The position numbers were made by a program, and so were the translations under genes. A DNA stretch of 62,155 nucleotides, the filler included, from Pirum gemmata (taxonomy: Eukaryota): NCBI GenBank assembly GCA_002812295.1. It is 12 parts of 12 records of this genome, joined end to end, with 100 filler letters (N's around TTAATTAATTAA, not from the genome) between each part and the next. Parts side by side here need not be neighbours in the genome. Positions count along the whole stretch, not along the records: positions 1 to 5,066 come from PDIN01000703.1; positions 5,167 to 10,190 come from PDIN01000704.1; positions 10,291 to 15,388 come from PDIN01000705.1; 9 more parts are not named here. The stretch is one strand, 5' to 3'. Positions 1-12,269 of this stretch are shown here, piece by piece. Each line of letters opens with the position of its first letter. Position 1 is the first letter of the stretch. Below the pieces are notes generated by a model. That model was not told the DNA's origin and ran no database searches. It saw nothing but the letters and a program-made list of their open reading frames with translations.

Positions 1-400
1 ATTGTATTAATTTGACTTTTATTTTCAATTGTTATGCCTTTTTTTTTTCTGTTAATTAAAAGTCAAAAAAAAAACCGCCGAGAAAGATAAGAAAACCAGG
101 CCCAAAAGCCTAAAAGGCCTTGGCCACTACTAGCCCCTTAGTAGTACGTATACATTAGGAAGTATAGGAAGTATCGTTCATAAATAAGAAAAAATACGTA
201 CGTTCCAATCAATGAAAAGCAGAAAGGAAAAGACACTGAAAAGACCTCTAGAAAAAAAAACGGTTGGCCATTTTGTATATACTGTATACACGTTTTTTTT
301 TGGTACCCGAATATTTTGAATTTGGTCTCTTACACCCCCCCGGGTCTATTACACTAGTCTAATATATATTCTCTCACTTGTGTGTAGCACTTATGTAGTA

Positions 401-627
401 GGGGTGAGATGACGTCATTTTATTATTACCGAACAGCTGCCAGAACTTTTCCAATTTTATGGCATTATTACTATTAATGTAAATATTATTACTTTTTTTA
501 GTATCTACTAAATTAAATTTACTATTTTAAACTATATAACTGTTATTATTAGTAAAGAACATGGAACTAAAGTTGGCTCGATAAGCATCTGTTCGAAAAA
601 AGTTCTAGCTAGTGGGTACCTCACCCC
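401..627. mobile_element. MITE family C (TIR GGGGTGAG...CTCACCCC, flanked by TA), copy 1
   Basis: TA|GGGGTGAGATGACGTCA ... CTCACCCC|TA. Internal sequence (ttattattaccgaacagctgcc...gataagcatctgttcgaaaaaagttc) is shared with copies at 27834-27986 and 28385-28609 (inverted). Confidence 0.8.
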
Positions 628-1412
628 TACTACTTGTGTGACCTTGGTTCAATGGTTCTAGTCATTGCTAAAAGTCCAAGACCTAGCTACTAGCTAGCTA
701 GCTAGGCCCCCGCCTGTAATCTACAATCTACAATTCTACATACCCTCTGCGGTATCAGATACTACCTCAGTCTACCTGGCATATTAAATAATTTTATAAT
801 ATCATATCAGTGTCATATTATCATATCATCTGACACACGATGATGTATACATTTTATATATCATATCGATAATAATTATAATATATAAACTATATATAAA
901 TATCACATATATGATATATCAAATACTCATATTTGTATATAGATCAGCGAGTATAAAAAGTAACTTTGTTAGGTGCTATGTAACCAAAATCGTCAGGAGA
1001 AAAATATACATTTTTATGATATATAAAGAACGTTATATAGTGTTATAGTTTTCAAAACCAAATTCAAATTTACTTACCCGTCGAGATTACAGTAACTACA
1101 GTAGTCTACATCTCTACCTCTACCTGGTCCCTCACTCCCTGAGTTCCCCTGTCTACTGCCAGGTAAACGATTCTCTCTAGCTAGCTCTAGGGTGAAACAA
1201 TTAAAAACTGTAGACCCGGGTCTAGACCCAAAGTTGTAGGGTTAAATAATAGTGTAGACCCAGCCCTCGAGACCCAGCCAGAACCAGAATATCCCAACAG
1301 AATAAACTCAGAATAATATTATTTTATAAATCATTTTTAACTTTTTTATGTATTATATTATCGTATAATAAATAGACCGCCGTCTTTATCATAGAAAATT
1401 TTGACTAGACTA

Positions 1413-1606
1413 CAAGCTGGATTCGCCAAAAAATCTCAAAATAATCCAATTTTAATGCAAGTACTACCAAATGTTCAGAAATAGTTTAACTAAAAAAACT
1501 CTATTATGAGCCAATGGCTAGTTTTTGAAAATAATTTGGCTGGTTAGAATTAAAGGTTTTTAGAAAAGAAGCCTAAAAAAAATTTTCTACAGTTTTATCC
1601 GGCTTG
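1413..1606. mobile_element. MITE family E (~200-230 bp; TIR approx. CAGTCAAGCCGGATAAAA), representative copy
   Basis: Ends caagctggat...ttttatccggcttg. Core (aatccaattttaat...actaccaaa...aactaagaaaactctattatgaaccaatggcta...aataatttggct) recurs at approx. 24512-24715(-), 39680-39875, 42620-42810(-), 43024-43195, 47377-47603(-), 48605-48725. CAGT-type termini suggest Tc1/mariner-pogo (inference). Confidence 0.75.
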
Positions 1607-1913
1607 GTTGTTTATTTATAAAAATTTAATAATATTATTATATATCAAGTATATATCATATAAAATGGTTTGATATACCCTCGTATCTGTAGATACATGT
1701 ACAGGGTAGATGTTTCATAATAATAGGTATTAGATAGTAAAACAATCCTTTTGAATTTATAAGTCAATGAACATTTTCATTAAGTGTAACTATTGTATTC
1801 TAGGGTTTATGACAACTTAATGTGCAATGCTTTATCAATATCTTAATATATATATATCAATCACGTAGGGCCCGTTTCTACTACTAGTAGCTAGGTCTAG
1901 CGTCTACTACTTA

Positions 1914-2060
1914 GGGAGCGTTCAAATAATACGTCACGTCAAGGGGTAGGTAGGTAGGTGGTATTTGACCGGAAATTAACGTCGAGGGGTAGGTAGGTAG
2001 GGGTGTTTGAAGCTGTATTTGACCAGAGAAGTTGGTGTAACGTAGTATTTGAACGCTCCC
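1914..2060. mobile_element. PIF/Harbinger (Tourist-like) MITE family D, copy 1
   Basis: TIR GGGAGCGTTCAAATAATACGT ... ACGTAGTATTTGAACGCTCCC, flanked by a direct 3-bp TTA duplication (1911-1913, 2061-2063). GGG-starting TIRs with a 3-bp TSD are typical of PIF/Harbinger. Confidence 0.85.
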
Positions 2061-2735
2061 TTAGTTAGAGAGTCATAGAGACTACTATCATATCATAGTC
2101 TAGTAGCTTGGTAGTAGTAGACCAACCACTATGGATACTCTACTACTACTACTACTAGCTAGCAGCTACTAGCTAGAGTAGACAGGGTATGACATTCTAT
2201 GGCATTGGCACTAGCTAGGACATTGGCACTTCATAGACTAAATTATCTTTTGTTCGTGTCTAACTAAAGTATTGATTCCTTCTCCAAGCTATTTGTAGTA
2301 ATATGATTGTGATATAAATATATAATCTAGAATATATATATCGATATTACAATGTTATATAACAGTGTTATTATATATTTATAAAATTATTTATTAAATT
2401 TTGTTGAGTAATATCTACTCCAACAAATGCAGGTTAAGCTGGTGCTGATTCGGCACCGTAACTGAAGGTAAAAAAAGTCTTCTAAAGTGCCCATTTAGAA
2501 TTAAAAATATCACTAATAAAAAAAACCCTGAAAAAAAAAAACACTGACGTAATTTGTAAAAACAATATTTTTTACTCTACCAAATTATTAATAAATACTA
2601 CCCACCTAGTGAATTTTAACTAATTTCTCATTCCTAAATTAAATTTTACCAGACTCCTAAATACCTATTTAATATTAAAATATTGCAGATAAAGTCTTTC
2701 ATAGTTATCAACTTTTTAGGGGTATCTATCACAAG

Positions 2736-2802
<67 letters not shown>

Positions 2803-3878
2803 ATAAAAAAATAAAATAGTCTAGGAAAAAAGGAAAAAAGAAATAAGAGTAGACTGTAGACAATGATAAACAATGGATGGCATGGCGCACACGAAGACAA
2901 AAAACATCTAACTTTTTTATTAAACAGGGTTAGGAGTATAATGTTGAAATTTCTAACATCTAAAGTTCAAGCTTATTTAAAACTTATACTCGTTTTCTCG
3001 AACAGAAATCCATAACCAAAAATATTTCTTGGTTTGTACTAGCTACATATACCCCACTATCATAATGGTTGTCGTTATCTAAATAAGGAATTTAAAAGTC
3101 TATATATAGCAGGTTAATAGTACAGCACAGGCGCAGGTCACAGAGGTCACAGTCTCACAGACGCAGGTAGGATTGAACGCTAGCTACCTATGATAGCTAA
3201 GAGGGATTGAACGACTATTAAATTTTTTAAATGATACAAATCATAGACTAATACACAAAATATATAATAAATAGTACCAAATTACTACAATATAAAACCA
3301 TTTGATTTAATTTGGTATATTTTATTATTTATATAATGATTTAAAAATGCCAATTTAAATATTATAACCCTCCAAATAAATATTAAGAGTGACAAACTAA
3401 ATGAAAAGCACGATATCGGTAATTAAAAAAAACTTTAGAGAAGTATTAAATGACGTACGTACCTTCAACCCAGCACAGGGACATGTAGACTTTATTTTGA
3501 AAAAAAATATCCTGCTTTTATCCTGCGTTTTTTTATTATTATGCTGGCATAGACTAGACTATGATAATGATAGGTTTATTATTATTTTTTATAGAAGCAG
3601 CAGTGAAGTGCGAAATATTCTAGCGAAAAAATGTATTTATAATTGGACTATATATAAAATTATTCATAATTGTGAGTGCATTTTCGCCAAGACACCCAAC
3701 ACCTCAGCTAGAGAACTCCTGTTTACTAACCACCCTACTCTCTAGCTAGCTAGCTATCAGCTAATGTCCCGTCAAAGCCTACTATTTATTAGACTAGTCT
3801 ACCGTCTATTTGACCAGCATTAAAAATTTTGACCTGGTTTTTTTCTAGGGTTTTTTTATTAGTGTTTTTTTCTAAATA

Positions 3879-3955
<77 letters not shown>

Positions 3956-4204
3956 CCTACTAGACTATGATAATATTATGATAGTCTACTCTGCCACTGG
4001 CCCTAGCTAGCTAGCTAGCTAGACTAGTTTTTCGCAGTAGTTTTTCGTATGTTTTTCGTGTCAGTTGTGCAGAAACTGAGTAGAACCAGCTAGCTAGAGG
4101 GGTCTACTACTTTACCGGTCTATCGTGCTTTTTATTTATTTTGTTACTCTGAATATTTATTTGGATGGTTATAATCTTTAAATTGACATTTTTTAAAAAT
4201 GATA

Positions 4205-4423
4205 TTGCTCTTCTGCTTTGTTTAGAAAATCGAGTTTTCGAGCCTATGCATTAACTAAATAAGTTCGAAAATTTTAAGCTAACAATTAAGTATTCAAGTA
4301 TATTTATTTATTTATAAACCCGAAAAAATAGAAAAAATAATTTTCGAACAGGGCTGAATTTTGGCTTTTTTTTCGACAGCAGAAATTCGAGTTTTCGGGC
4401 TCGAGCAGAATTGGGAGAAGCTA
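4205..4423. mobile_element. MITE family F (ends ...CAGAATTGGGAGAAGCTA)
   Basis: An inverted homologous copy at 28800-29037 shows both termini (ttcccaattctg ... gaattgggagaagcta); partial copy near 2940-3010. Confidence 0.7.
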
Positions 4424-5066
4424 GCTAGCTAGGTCTATCATATCGAGGGGGGGGGGGGTGATAGAAGTAGAATATCAATACAGATTTTCTTTACTCACTG
4501 CCATACAGCAACAAACACAGCAACAGGTCTATTTTTATCAATCAATATCGGATATGATATTGATTATACTTTGATTATAATGTTTAATTAATACCTAATA
4601 AATATTCGATAAGTAAATTGCTAAAGAAATGACTAAGAAAAGTTATTTTCATTATTAGCTTCATAATGATATAACGAATTTTAATAGGCCACAGTAGTAA
4701 TTTAAATACCATTTAATTAATTTTATTATTAAAACAGAATTTATCAACAGTTACTAAGAATTCTAAGAATGTTTTAATTGTAAAATATCAGGACAATAAC
4801 AGCTACAATAACTCATTATTATTATCGATACAATATCGTTAAAATCAAACTAATTATAATATTACAACTTATCCAACCATGTATTAATATCTCCATTTTT
4901 TTGCTTGCTATTTATTAATTATTATAAATGATTTTTAATTGATAACTTGAATTATAACTTGGATAATTTATAATCATAATAATAATTATTGTTCTCACGA
5001 TTTTTTTAATTAACGAAGGGGAATTTTACCAGAATAATATGGAATAATCTCATAATAATAATAATA

Positions 5067-5166
5067 NNNNNNNNNNNNNNNNNNNNNNNNNNNNNNNNNN
5101 NNNNNNNNNNTTAATTAATTAANNNNNNNNNNNNNNNNNNNNNNNNNNNNNNNNNNNNNNNNNNNN
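5067..5166. other. Artificial scaffold linker (44 N + TTAATTAATTAA + 44 N); first of 11
   Basis: Identical 100-nt linkers at 5067, 10191, 15389, 20515, 25664, 30862, 36007, 41147, 46316, 51466 and 56634. TTAATTAATTAA has stops in all six frames; the intervening scaffolds are ~5.0-5.1 kb. Confidence 0.97.
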
Positions 5167-8100
5167 ACGAAGGTAGAAACTTTTTGCCATTAAAGCAACC
5201 AATTTTTTTTGAACATGCTTTAGCTTGCTGGCATTTTCCATCATCCCACGTTAACATTTTACTGAGACAAGTGCTACAACTGTGTCTGGCCTCACTATCA
5301 CATTTTTGATACGCATCAGGATGACCACTGTTAATGCAAAGAGCGCCATTTGATTTGCAAGGCTGACATACACCGTTTTGCCAAGAAAAGTTGTTTCTAA
5401 TACATTTTAAACAAGTGTCACACTTGGCCATGTTGTCGCACGGCTTTTTTTCAATCTTATCTCCGATACAGTTTCTTCCGGTCAGACATGTTCTAGATCT
5501 TGTTTGTGTGCCGCTGCCACAAACTTTTGCAGAGCAATCCCACGCACTCCAACTTCCCCAAACCGCGGGTTTTTCAAATAATAACCAACGATCATCTGTA
5601 ACCTGGCAAGTTAGAGATTTGTCGTTTCTTGGCGTGGGTGATTCGTAAAGAAAAAAATACTTGCCTGAAAAAGAAAAAAACAAGAAACAAAAGTTAACCG
5701 GATATTGATATTGACATTGTGAAAATATCAATTTAAAGCGAAATTGACATTGCGACAAGAAACGCAATTTACCTGTTGTGTAATTATTAAGGACGTCAGT
5801 AAAGTAGCCATGGCATGTTGCGTTGTTGAGACATGCAGTGTGTGCCTGAAATCTGTACAAAAAAAGAAAATATTAGAAAAAGCAAAAAATATTAGAAAAA
5901 GAAAAATTTAAAGTTTTTGTTATTTTTGTGATTGAAGTCTATTGAGGTAAAACCGTAAAAGTCTCTAATACTTAGATTTAAATTTATAGAAGAACCTACC
6001 TAGTTAAGTCATCTTTCTCTTTGGAATGGAAATTTCCGCTATGGTCATAATCGTAACCCTTACACACAGGGTTTTTGGCCCACGCTGTATGTTTATATAG
6101 ATTCCAACATGTAAAACAAAAATGAAAAAACATTTAAAATTAGTGTCTGTCATTATTAAAGTAATGATAATTATTGGTCAAAAATGAAAAAAACATAAAG
6201 TAATAATAATTCTTTGTCATACATTATAAACAAAAATGAAAAAACGTAATTAATAATTATCCGTTTATAATACCTGGCAAGTCAAACAAAAATGAAAAAA
6301 CATAATTTAAAATTAGTGTCTGTCATTATTAAAGTAATAATAATTATTTGTCATACATTATAAACAAAAATGAAAAAACATAATTAATAATTATCCGTTT
6401 ACCTGGCAAGTCATGAAATTGTTTTTTGATGTCTACTCCGTTTAAGCATTCGACCTCTTTCTGATCACATGAGAAAAGTTTATTTGTTTGAAGAACACAG
6501 CTACCACCAAGTTTAGCAGCAATTTTTACCTTCGTGTTGCATCGCTTTTCTCCCTCTGGGAAATATCTTGTTTTTGTTCCATTACATTTTGCCTTAGCAG
6601 TGCACGCTGTACACACATCTAATTCCTGTACACAATCCTTTTTTATTGGTTTTACATACATTCTGTATTTATTGTCAGTACTCGAGCATGTCATATCTAA
6701 AGGATCAAACGCACCATTTTTAATAAATTTTAAGCAGTAACCACCTTTTGTATCATTATTATTATCTAGGACAGACGTAAAAAACCCAGTACAATTAGGT
6801 TTGACCAGACATCTTGCATACGCTTCATATTTAGTTATTTCACCTTGACATTTGTCTTCATATATATTTTTAGCTCGCCAACCATTGCAGCTTGCTTTTT
6901 GGGTCCATGCTGTTTACATTACATTATTATATATTAAAATTTATACTGGTCATATGAAAAAGAACAAATAAAGCAGGTAATGGTAATTATTCGTTTACAG
7001 CAAAACAAAAAGGAATGATAATTATTCGTTTACCTGGCAATTTTCTGATATCTTTTCCGTCATAGCATTCCACAGTTTTCTGGTCACATGAGTGAGTTTG
7101 ATTTGTTTTAAGAACACAGCTACCACCATGTTTTTCGGCGATTTTTACCTTCATGTTGCATCGTTGTTCTCCCTCTGGGAAATATATTGTTTTTGTTCCG
7201 TTACATTTTGCCTTAGCAGTGCACGCTGTACACACATCTTTTTCCTGTAAACAATTCTTTTTTATTGGTTTTACATACATTCTGTATTTATTGTCAGTAC
7301 TCGAGCATGTCATTTCTAAAGGATCAACCACACCATCTTTAATAATATTATATCTTAACCAGTAGCTACCTTTTCTATAATCATTTAGTTCATCCGTAAA
7401 AATACCAGTACAGTTAGGTTGCGCCTGACATTGTGTATACGCTTCATGTCTGGTTGTGTGATGTGTCGATTTGTAATCATATAAGTTAGTAGTGGCCCAA
7501 CCATTGCATTTTGCTTTCCGAGCCCATTCTGTTTAAATTATATTTATAACAAACGGGTTAGAGTTAGAGTTATATAAAAGAGAGGGTTAGGGTTGGAGTT
7601 ATATAAAAGAGAAAATAAAACAAAATGATCTAAACCATTTCAAAAAAAATGTATTATTAATACCTGGTAGGGCATCAAAATCGCGTTTCCGTGTGTTTAT
7701 TCCTTTGTCACATGCTATTGTTTTACTTACACATGACAGACTTTGTCCTGTTTTAAGAACACAGTTACCGCCGTTTTGGGCTTTTCTTCTTACTTCTAAA
7801 TCACATATAACTTTTCCTTTTGGAATATATTCATTTTGGTTTAGACACGTAAAATTTTTAACAAGGTCGACATTACATTCCCCGCATGAAGCCTTATTAA
7901 CTTTTAGAGTACAGTCCATTGGCGTTTTTTTTAAGTAAAGTACATGCGTATATTGCCCTTACTAAAACATGAATTTAAAACAGCCTGGAATATTAATAAA
8001 TAGCATAGCGAAAGTCAGAATTAACATAGCGAAAGAATATTCATAAATAACATAGCGAAAGTCAGAATTAACATAGCTATTAATAAATAACATAGCGAAA

Positions 8101-10190
8101 GTCAGAATTAACATAGCGATTAATATGATCCCATAGTTAGTATTTATAACATAAGTAGAGTCAAGAAAAAGTAGAATAATTAACATAGCGATTAATATGG
8201 TCCCAAAAGTTAGTATTTATAACATAAGTAGAGTCAAGAGAAAGTAATTGTTAACAATTCTAACCTTTTGGGGTCCAGATACTGTCCAGTAAAGCTTTTT
8301 TTGAGTGTTTATAACATAATCTGTGTTAGTTATAACACCAATGCATTTTTTATCATTTTCGCAATTAGCATAAGCTTTGGCCTTTGTGACCATCATTTCC
8401 TTTGTGACTATCAATTTATTCACTTTTGCCAGATTTCGAGGGTCAGCGAACTGTTTTAAGAATTAAAATAAATATATTGTTATCCTCTAGTGTTCGGTAA
8501 AAAAATCAAAACTACTATGAAACAACAATTACGCTACTGCATAGTAACAATACTACTATGAAACCAAGTTATTCTAGTGTTCGGTAAAAAAATCAAAACT
8601 ACTATGAAACAATTACGCTATATCAAAAATTACCCTATTACATGTCGGTGTACCCATCCAAGCAGGTAACTTTTCAATTTCCGGGATAGGAGCAACACAA
8701 CCTTGCCTTTTGCGAAAAATATAAAGAAATAAAGAACAATTAGTCATAAGAAATCACTGTTCTGCCTAATGGCGTAGCCAATGGTGGTCTAATATTTTAC
8801 TCATTAGTCATTAATTACGATTATGATGTAAATATATACGAAATACCTTCTTTTTACATACTCGAAATCTGTTCTTGACCATTTTGAATAATTGGCTTGG
8901 TCTATGACGGGATCGAATGACAAATAATCACGCCAATGACCAAAATCGTTTGGGCGCAATTCGCCATTTGGCTCTGCTAGGTATAACATTATTGAGTTGT
9001 AGTCAAAGTTAGTTCCTTCATAAGATTGTTTCATAATGGGATAAGAATCTTTTATGCTGTCTGTATGGTAATTCATATAGTGGCCCCTATCAAACCTGCT
9101 TTGAGCATGATTCTATATTTTGCATAATATTATTACTAAATTAATAGTGTTATATATTATTGTACTAATATAAATTGGTTATTTATTTACTAAATAAATT
9201 AATTCCATGTGTTATATATTTTATTGTATTAATTTCATGTGTTATACTTACCAAACCCAGGGTGTGTCCAAATTCATGCGCTAATAGCATCAAGGTCGTT
9301 CATTGATTTAAAATAAAATAAAAATTTAAAGTTTTAATTAAAATATTTTACGTGATAGAATTAAATAAAGTTCTACGTGATCAGATTAAATAAAGTTCAG
9401 ATAAGATTAAAGTTAATGGAAGATTAAAGTTTAGATAAGAATTGGAGCTTAATGGTAAGTTAATGGTATGTCAAAGTTAATGTTTAGTTTACAAGTTANT
9501 ATTGCAGTGGCCGCCACTCATCCATATTTTGGAATTACCGCTGTAATGATATTAATATTAATTAAAGTTAACATTAACGAATTATAATATTTAAAATAGT
9601 AATAGATCTATAGGTTAAAACACCAAACAAAGAACAAACAACAATCTAAACAAGGAAAAAACAACAACAAACTTTGAACAAAGCAAAGGAAAAGGTATAA
9701 AAATAAAAAAATAAAAAATTAGGATGTGTAATAACAAACAAAGGAAAAGTAAAAAAATAACAACAAAACAGATATTAAAAGAAAACACAACAGAAGAAGA
9801 AACTGCAAGCAAAAGAAAAGTAAAAAATAACAATAAAACAGATATTATTACTTTGATGTGTAACCAATCGTAGCAGCGCATTTATCTTTTCCTTCTGGAG
9901 TAATAATTAAAGGATACATGGTAGTACCTTGATGAGTAACAGTCTTCTTCTCTCCACCCACTGTAGTCCAATTAAACTCGATAAACGTTAAACAACTTGC
10001 AAGAGTGGCATCTTTATTGACTAGCTCAAGTGCTCTTTTGACCCATTGTTTCTTTATGTCAGTCGTATTAGGGTGGAAAGTATAAAATATTTTGTTATCT
10101 GGCCAAGTCTTTGGTCCGGGGTGTTTGGTTACGTTTAAAGTATCCCAAGGCTGTCTCTTATACCAATAACCAGTGTCTGCGGGTTTCGGT
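5167..10190 (-). CDS. Astacin-family (M12A) zinc metalloprotease with tandem Cys-rich modules and a thrombospondin type-1 domain; multi-exon, truncated at both scaffold ends, with two reading-frame anomalies
   Basis: Hand-spliced exons (minus): 10190-9852, 9540-9500, ~9299-9252, 9112-8847, 8706-8634, 8450-8265, 7984-7664, 7528-7034, 6909-6403, 6084-6000, 5852-5773, 5664-5167, mostly GT-AG and phase-consistent. Product has KTWPDNKIFYTF...SCLTFIE...CAATIGY, the zinc motif HEFGHTLGL|NHAQSRFDR split by an intron, the Met-turn FDYNSIMLY, and TSP1 WGSWSAWDCSAKVCGSGTQTRSRTC. Confidence 0.85.
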
Positions 10191-11106
10191 NNNNNNNNNN
10201 NNNNNNNNNNNNNNNNNNNNNNNNNNNNNNNNNNTTAATTAATTAANNNNNNNNNNNNNNNNNNNNNNNNNNNNNNNNNNNNNNNNNNNNATTATTATTA
10301 TTATTATTATTATCACTAGTACTATTATCATTATTATTATCATTATTATTATCATTATTATTATCATTACTATTAATAATATATTATCAATATCATTATT
10401 ATTATTATTATTATTATTAGAACGACACTACCAACTGCTTTGCCAACAATAGCAACAATATCAACAACAACACTACCAACAACAACAATAATATCAACAA
10501 CAAAAACACTACCAACAACAACAACAATATCATTTTATTCCACAACAACAACAATAACAACAACAACAACAACAACCTCACAAACGTCCAAGAAAACGAA
10601 CTCACCGTGGTGCTAATCCTGTGAGCGGGCACGTGAAAACCTTAAGTACAAGATAAACTGGGTCCAAACAGGATGATTCCTTGGCTCAGTTTAACAGATT
10701 ACCTAAGTTTCTAGTTATAGTTTGGGACCTTTGGGCAGATTGATATTAAATTTTTATAAACATCCAAAAACCTAAGATCCAAAAACAGTTTCATATTAAA
10801 TTTTTATAACATCCAAAAACCTAAGATCCAAAAACAGTTTCTAGAAAACCTACCGTAATAAACGTCTAGACACTAGCCTATTATTAAGCCCCGATTTGTA
10901 AGTGAAAAATAACATAATTCTGGTAATAATAATCATATCGACTATTATCGCATCTGATTATCGCTAAGAACTACCCACAAGAACTAGTAGCTAGCAGTTT
11001 AGCTAGCTCGCAAGAACTACCTTGAAAAAAATGACTGATACATTTTTTGGTTATATATTCTTACAGTTAATTAAGTATTCAAGTATGAAGATAAAAAAAA
11101 TAAGAG

Positions 11107-11157
<51 letters not shown>

Positions 11158-11383
11158 AAAAGTTATAATAATATTATAGCTGTCGTAAAGTGTATAAAAC
11201 ACAGGGAAGAAAATGAAAAATAAAAAAAAATAACATTATATTCAAATATTGGAAATAACAATTAATAGTATTGATATAAAATTTAGAAATTTAGAAATAC
11301 ATAAATACATTTTCAAATATTAAAAATAATAATAGTATTGATATAAAATTTAGAAATATAGAAATATATAAATAAATATAAAT

Positions 11384-11890
11384 ATGGAAGTTTTAGTAAT
11401 AGGTATCCATACTGTTCTTTCCGTTATTGTTTGGTCTTTAACCGTAGCTTCTTTAGCGTCTACAAGTTGGATAGTAATTGAAGCTATGGACGCTCGATTA
11501 GGATTATTTCGTGCATGTGAGGGTGACATTTGTGAAGATTTTACTCAACCCTTCGGAGCTGGAAAAGCCACTATTGCTTTTCTTATCTTAGCCAATTTAT
11601 TCATATTTTTTGCTTTGGTTTGTTCTGCAGTTGCGTTTTTGCAAAAGAGCAAAGTCATTAGCTTTATTTCTTCTGGATTATATAGTTTCGTTTTCATTTT
11701 TTTAATCATTACTGTTGCTGCCTGGACTAAATGGTTCGATGATGAATATAAATTGCCAGACAGTCAGTATGGTTCAGGTTACCATGTTGCTATTGCAGCC
11801 TGTGTTTTATCTCTTCCTAATATTATGTCTTCTGCTGCAGTTTGTAAAAGTATTATAGGAAATAGTGAAAATGACAGTTGTAAGGCTTAA
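11384..11890 (+). CDS. Claudin/PMP22/EMP/MP20-superfamily four-TM membrane protein (168 aa, intronless)
   Basis: Four hydrophobic segments; first loop carries W...GLF..C....C (STSW-IVIEAMDARL-GLFRACEGDIC), the claudin-superfamily signature; YGSGY before TM4. Confidence 0.8.
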   Translation: MEVLVIGIHTVLSVIVWSLTVASLASTSWIVIEAMDARLGLFRACEGDICEDFTQPFGAGKATIAFLILANLFIFFALVCSAVAFLQKSKVISFISSGLYSFVFIFLIITVAAWTKWFDDEYKLPDSQYGSGYHVAIAACVLSLPNIMSSAAVCKSIIGNSENDSCKA

Positions 11891-12025
11891 CTTTAAATTT
11901 AGTAATAATAGTTATCGTGTTTTTCAATAGTGTTGTCCAACTATCCAGTTCAAAAACTGAAATAAACTGTTAAACTATTCGACATGTTTTATTTAATTTG
12001 GTATTTTATACTTAATTAATATTAC

Positions 12026-12071
<46 letters not shown>

Positions 12072-12080
12072 AATGTTAGT

Positions 12081-12128
<48 letters not shown>

Positions 12129-12227
12129 GTAATTATATTGTTATGGTATTTTTAGTAGTATTGTTAATATTATAATTATTATTATTATAAGTGGGAGTTG
12201 GAAAACTTTCCGTTAGCACAATATGCC

Positions 12228-12269
<42 letters not shown>

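Noticed and set aside
2441..2457. GC-rich hairpin GGTGCTGATTCGGCACC as a terminator or tRNA fragment
   Set aside because: Single short occurrence, no cloverleaf, eukaryotic context. No tRNA or rRNA genes were recognised anywhere in the window.
5111..5122. TTAATTAATTAA recurring about every 5.1 kb as a periodic biological motif
   Set aside because: It is always centred in exactly 44+44 N: an artificial six-frame-stop linker between concatenated scaffolds.
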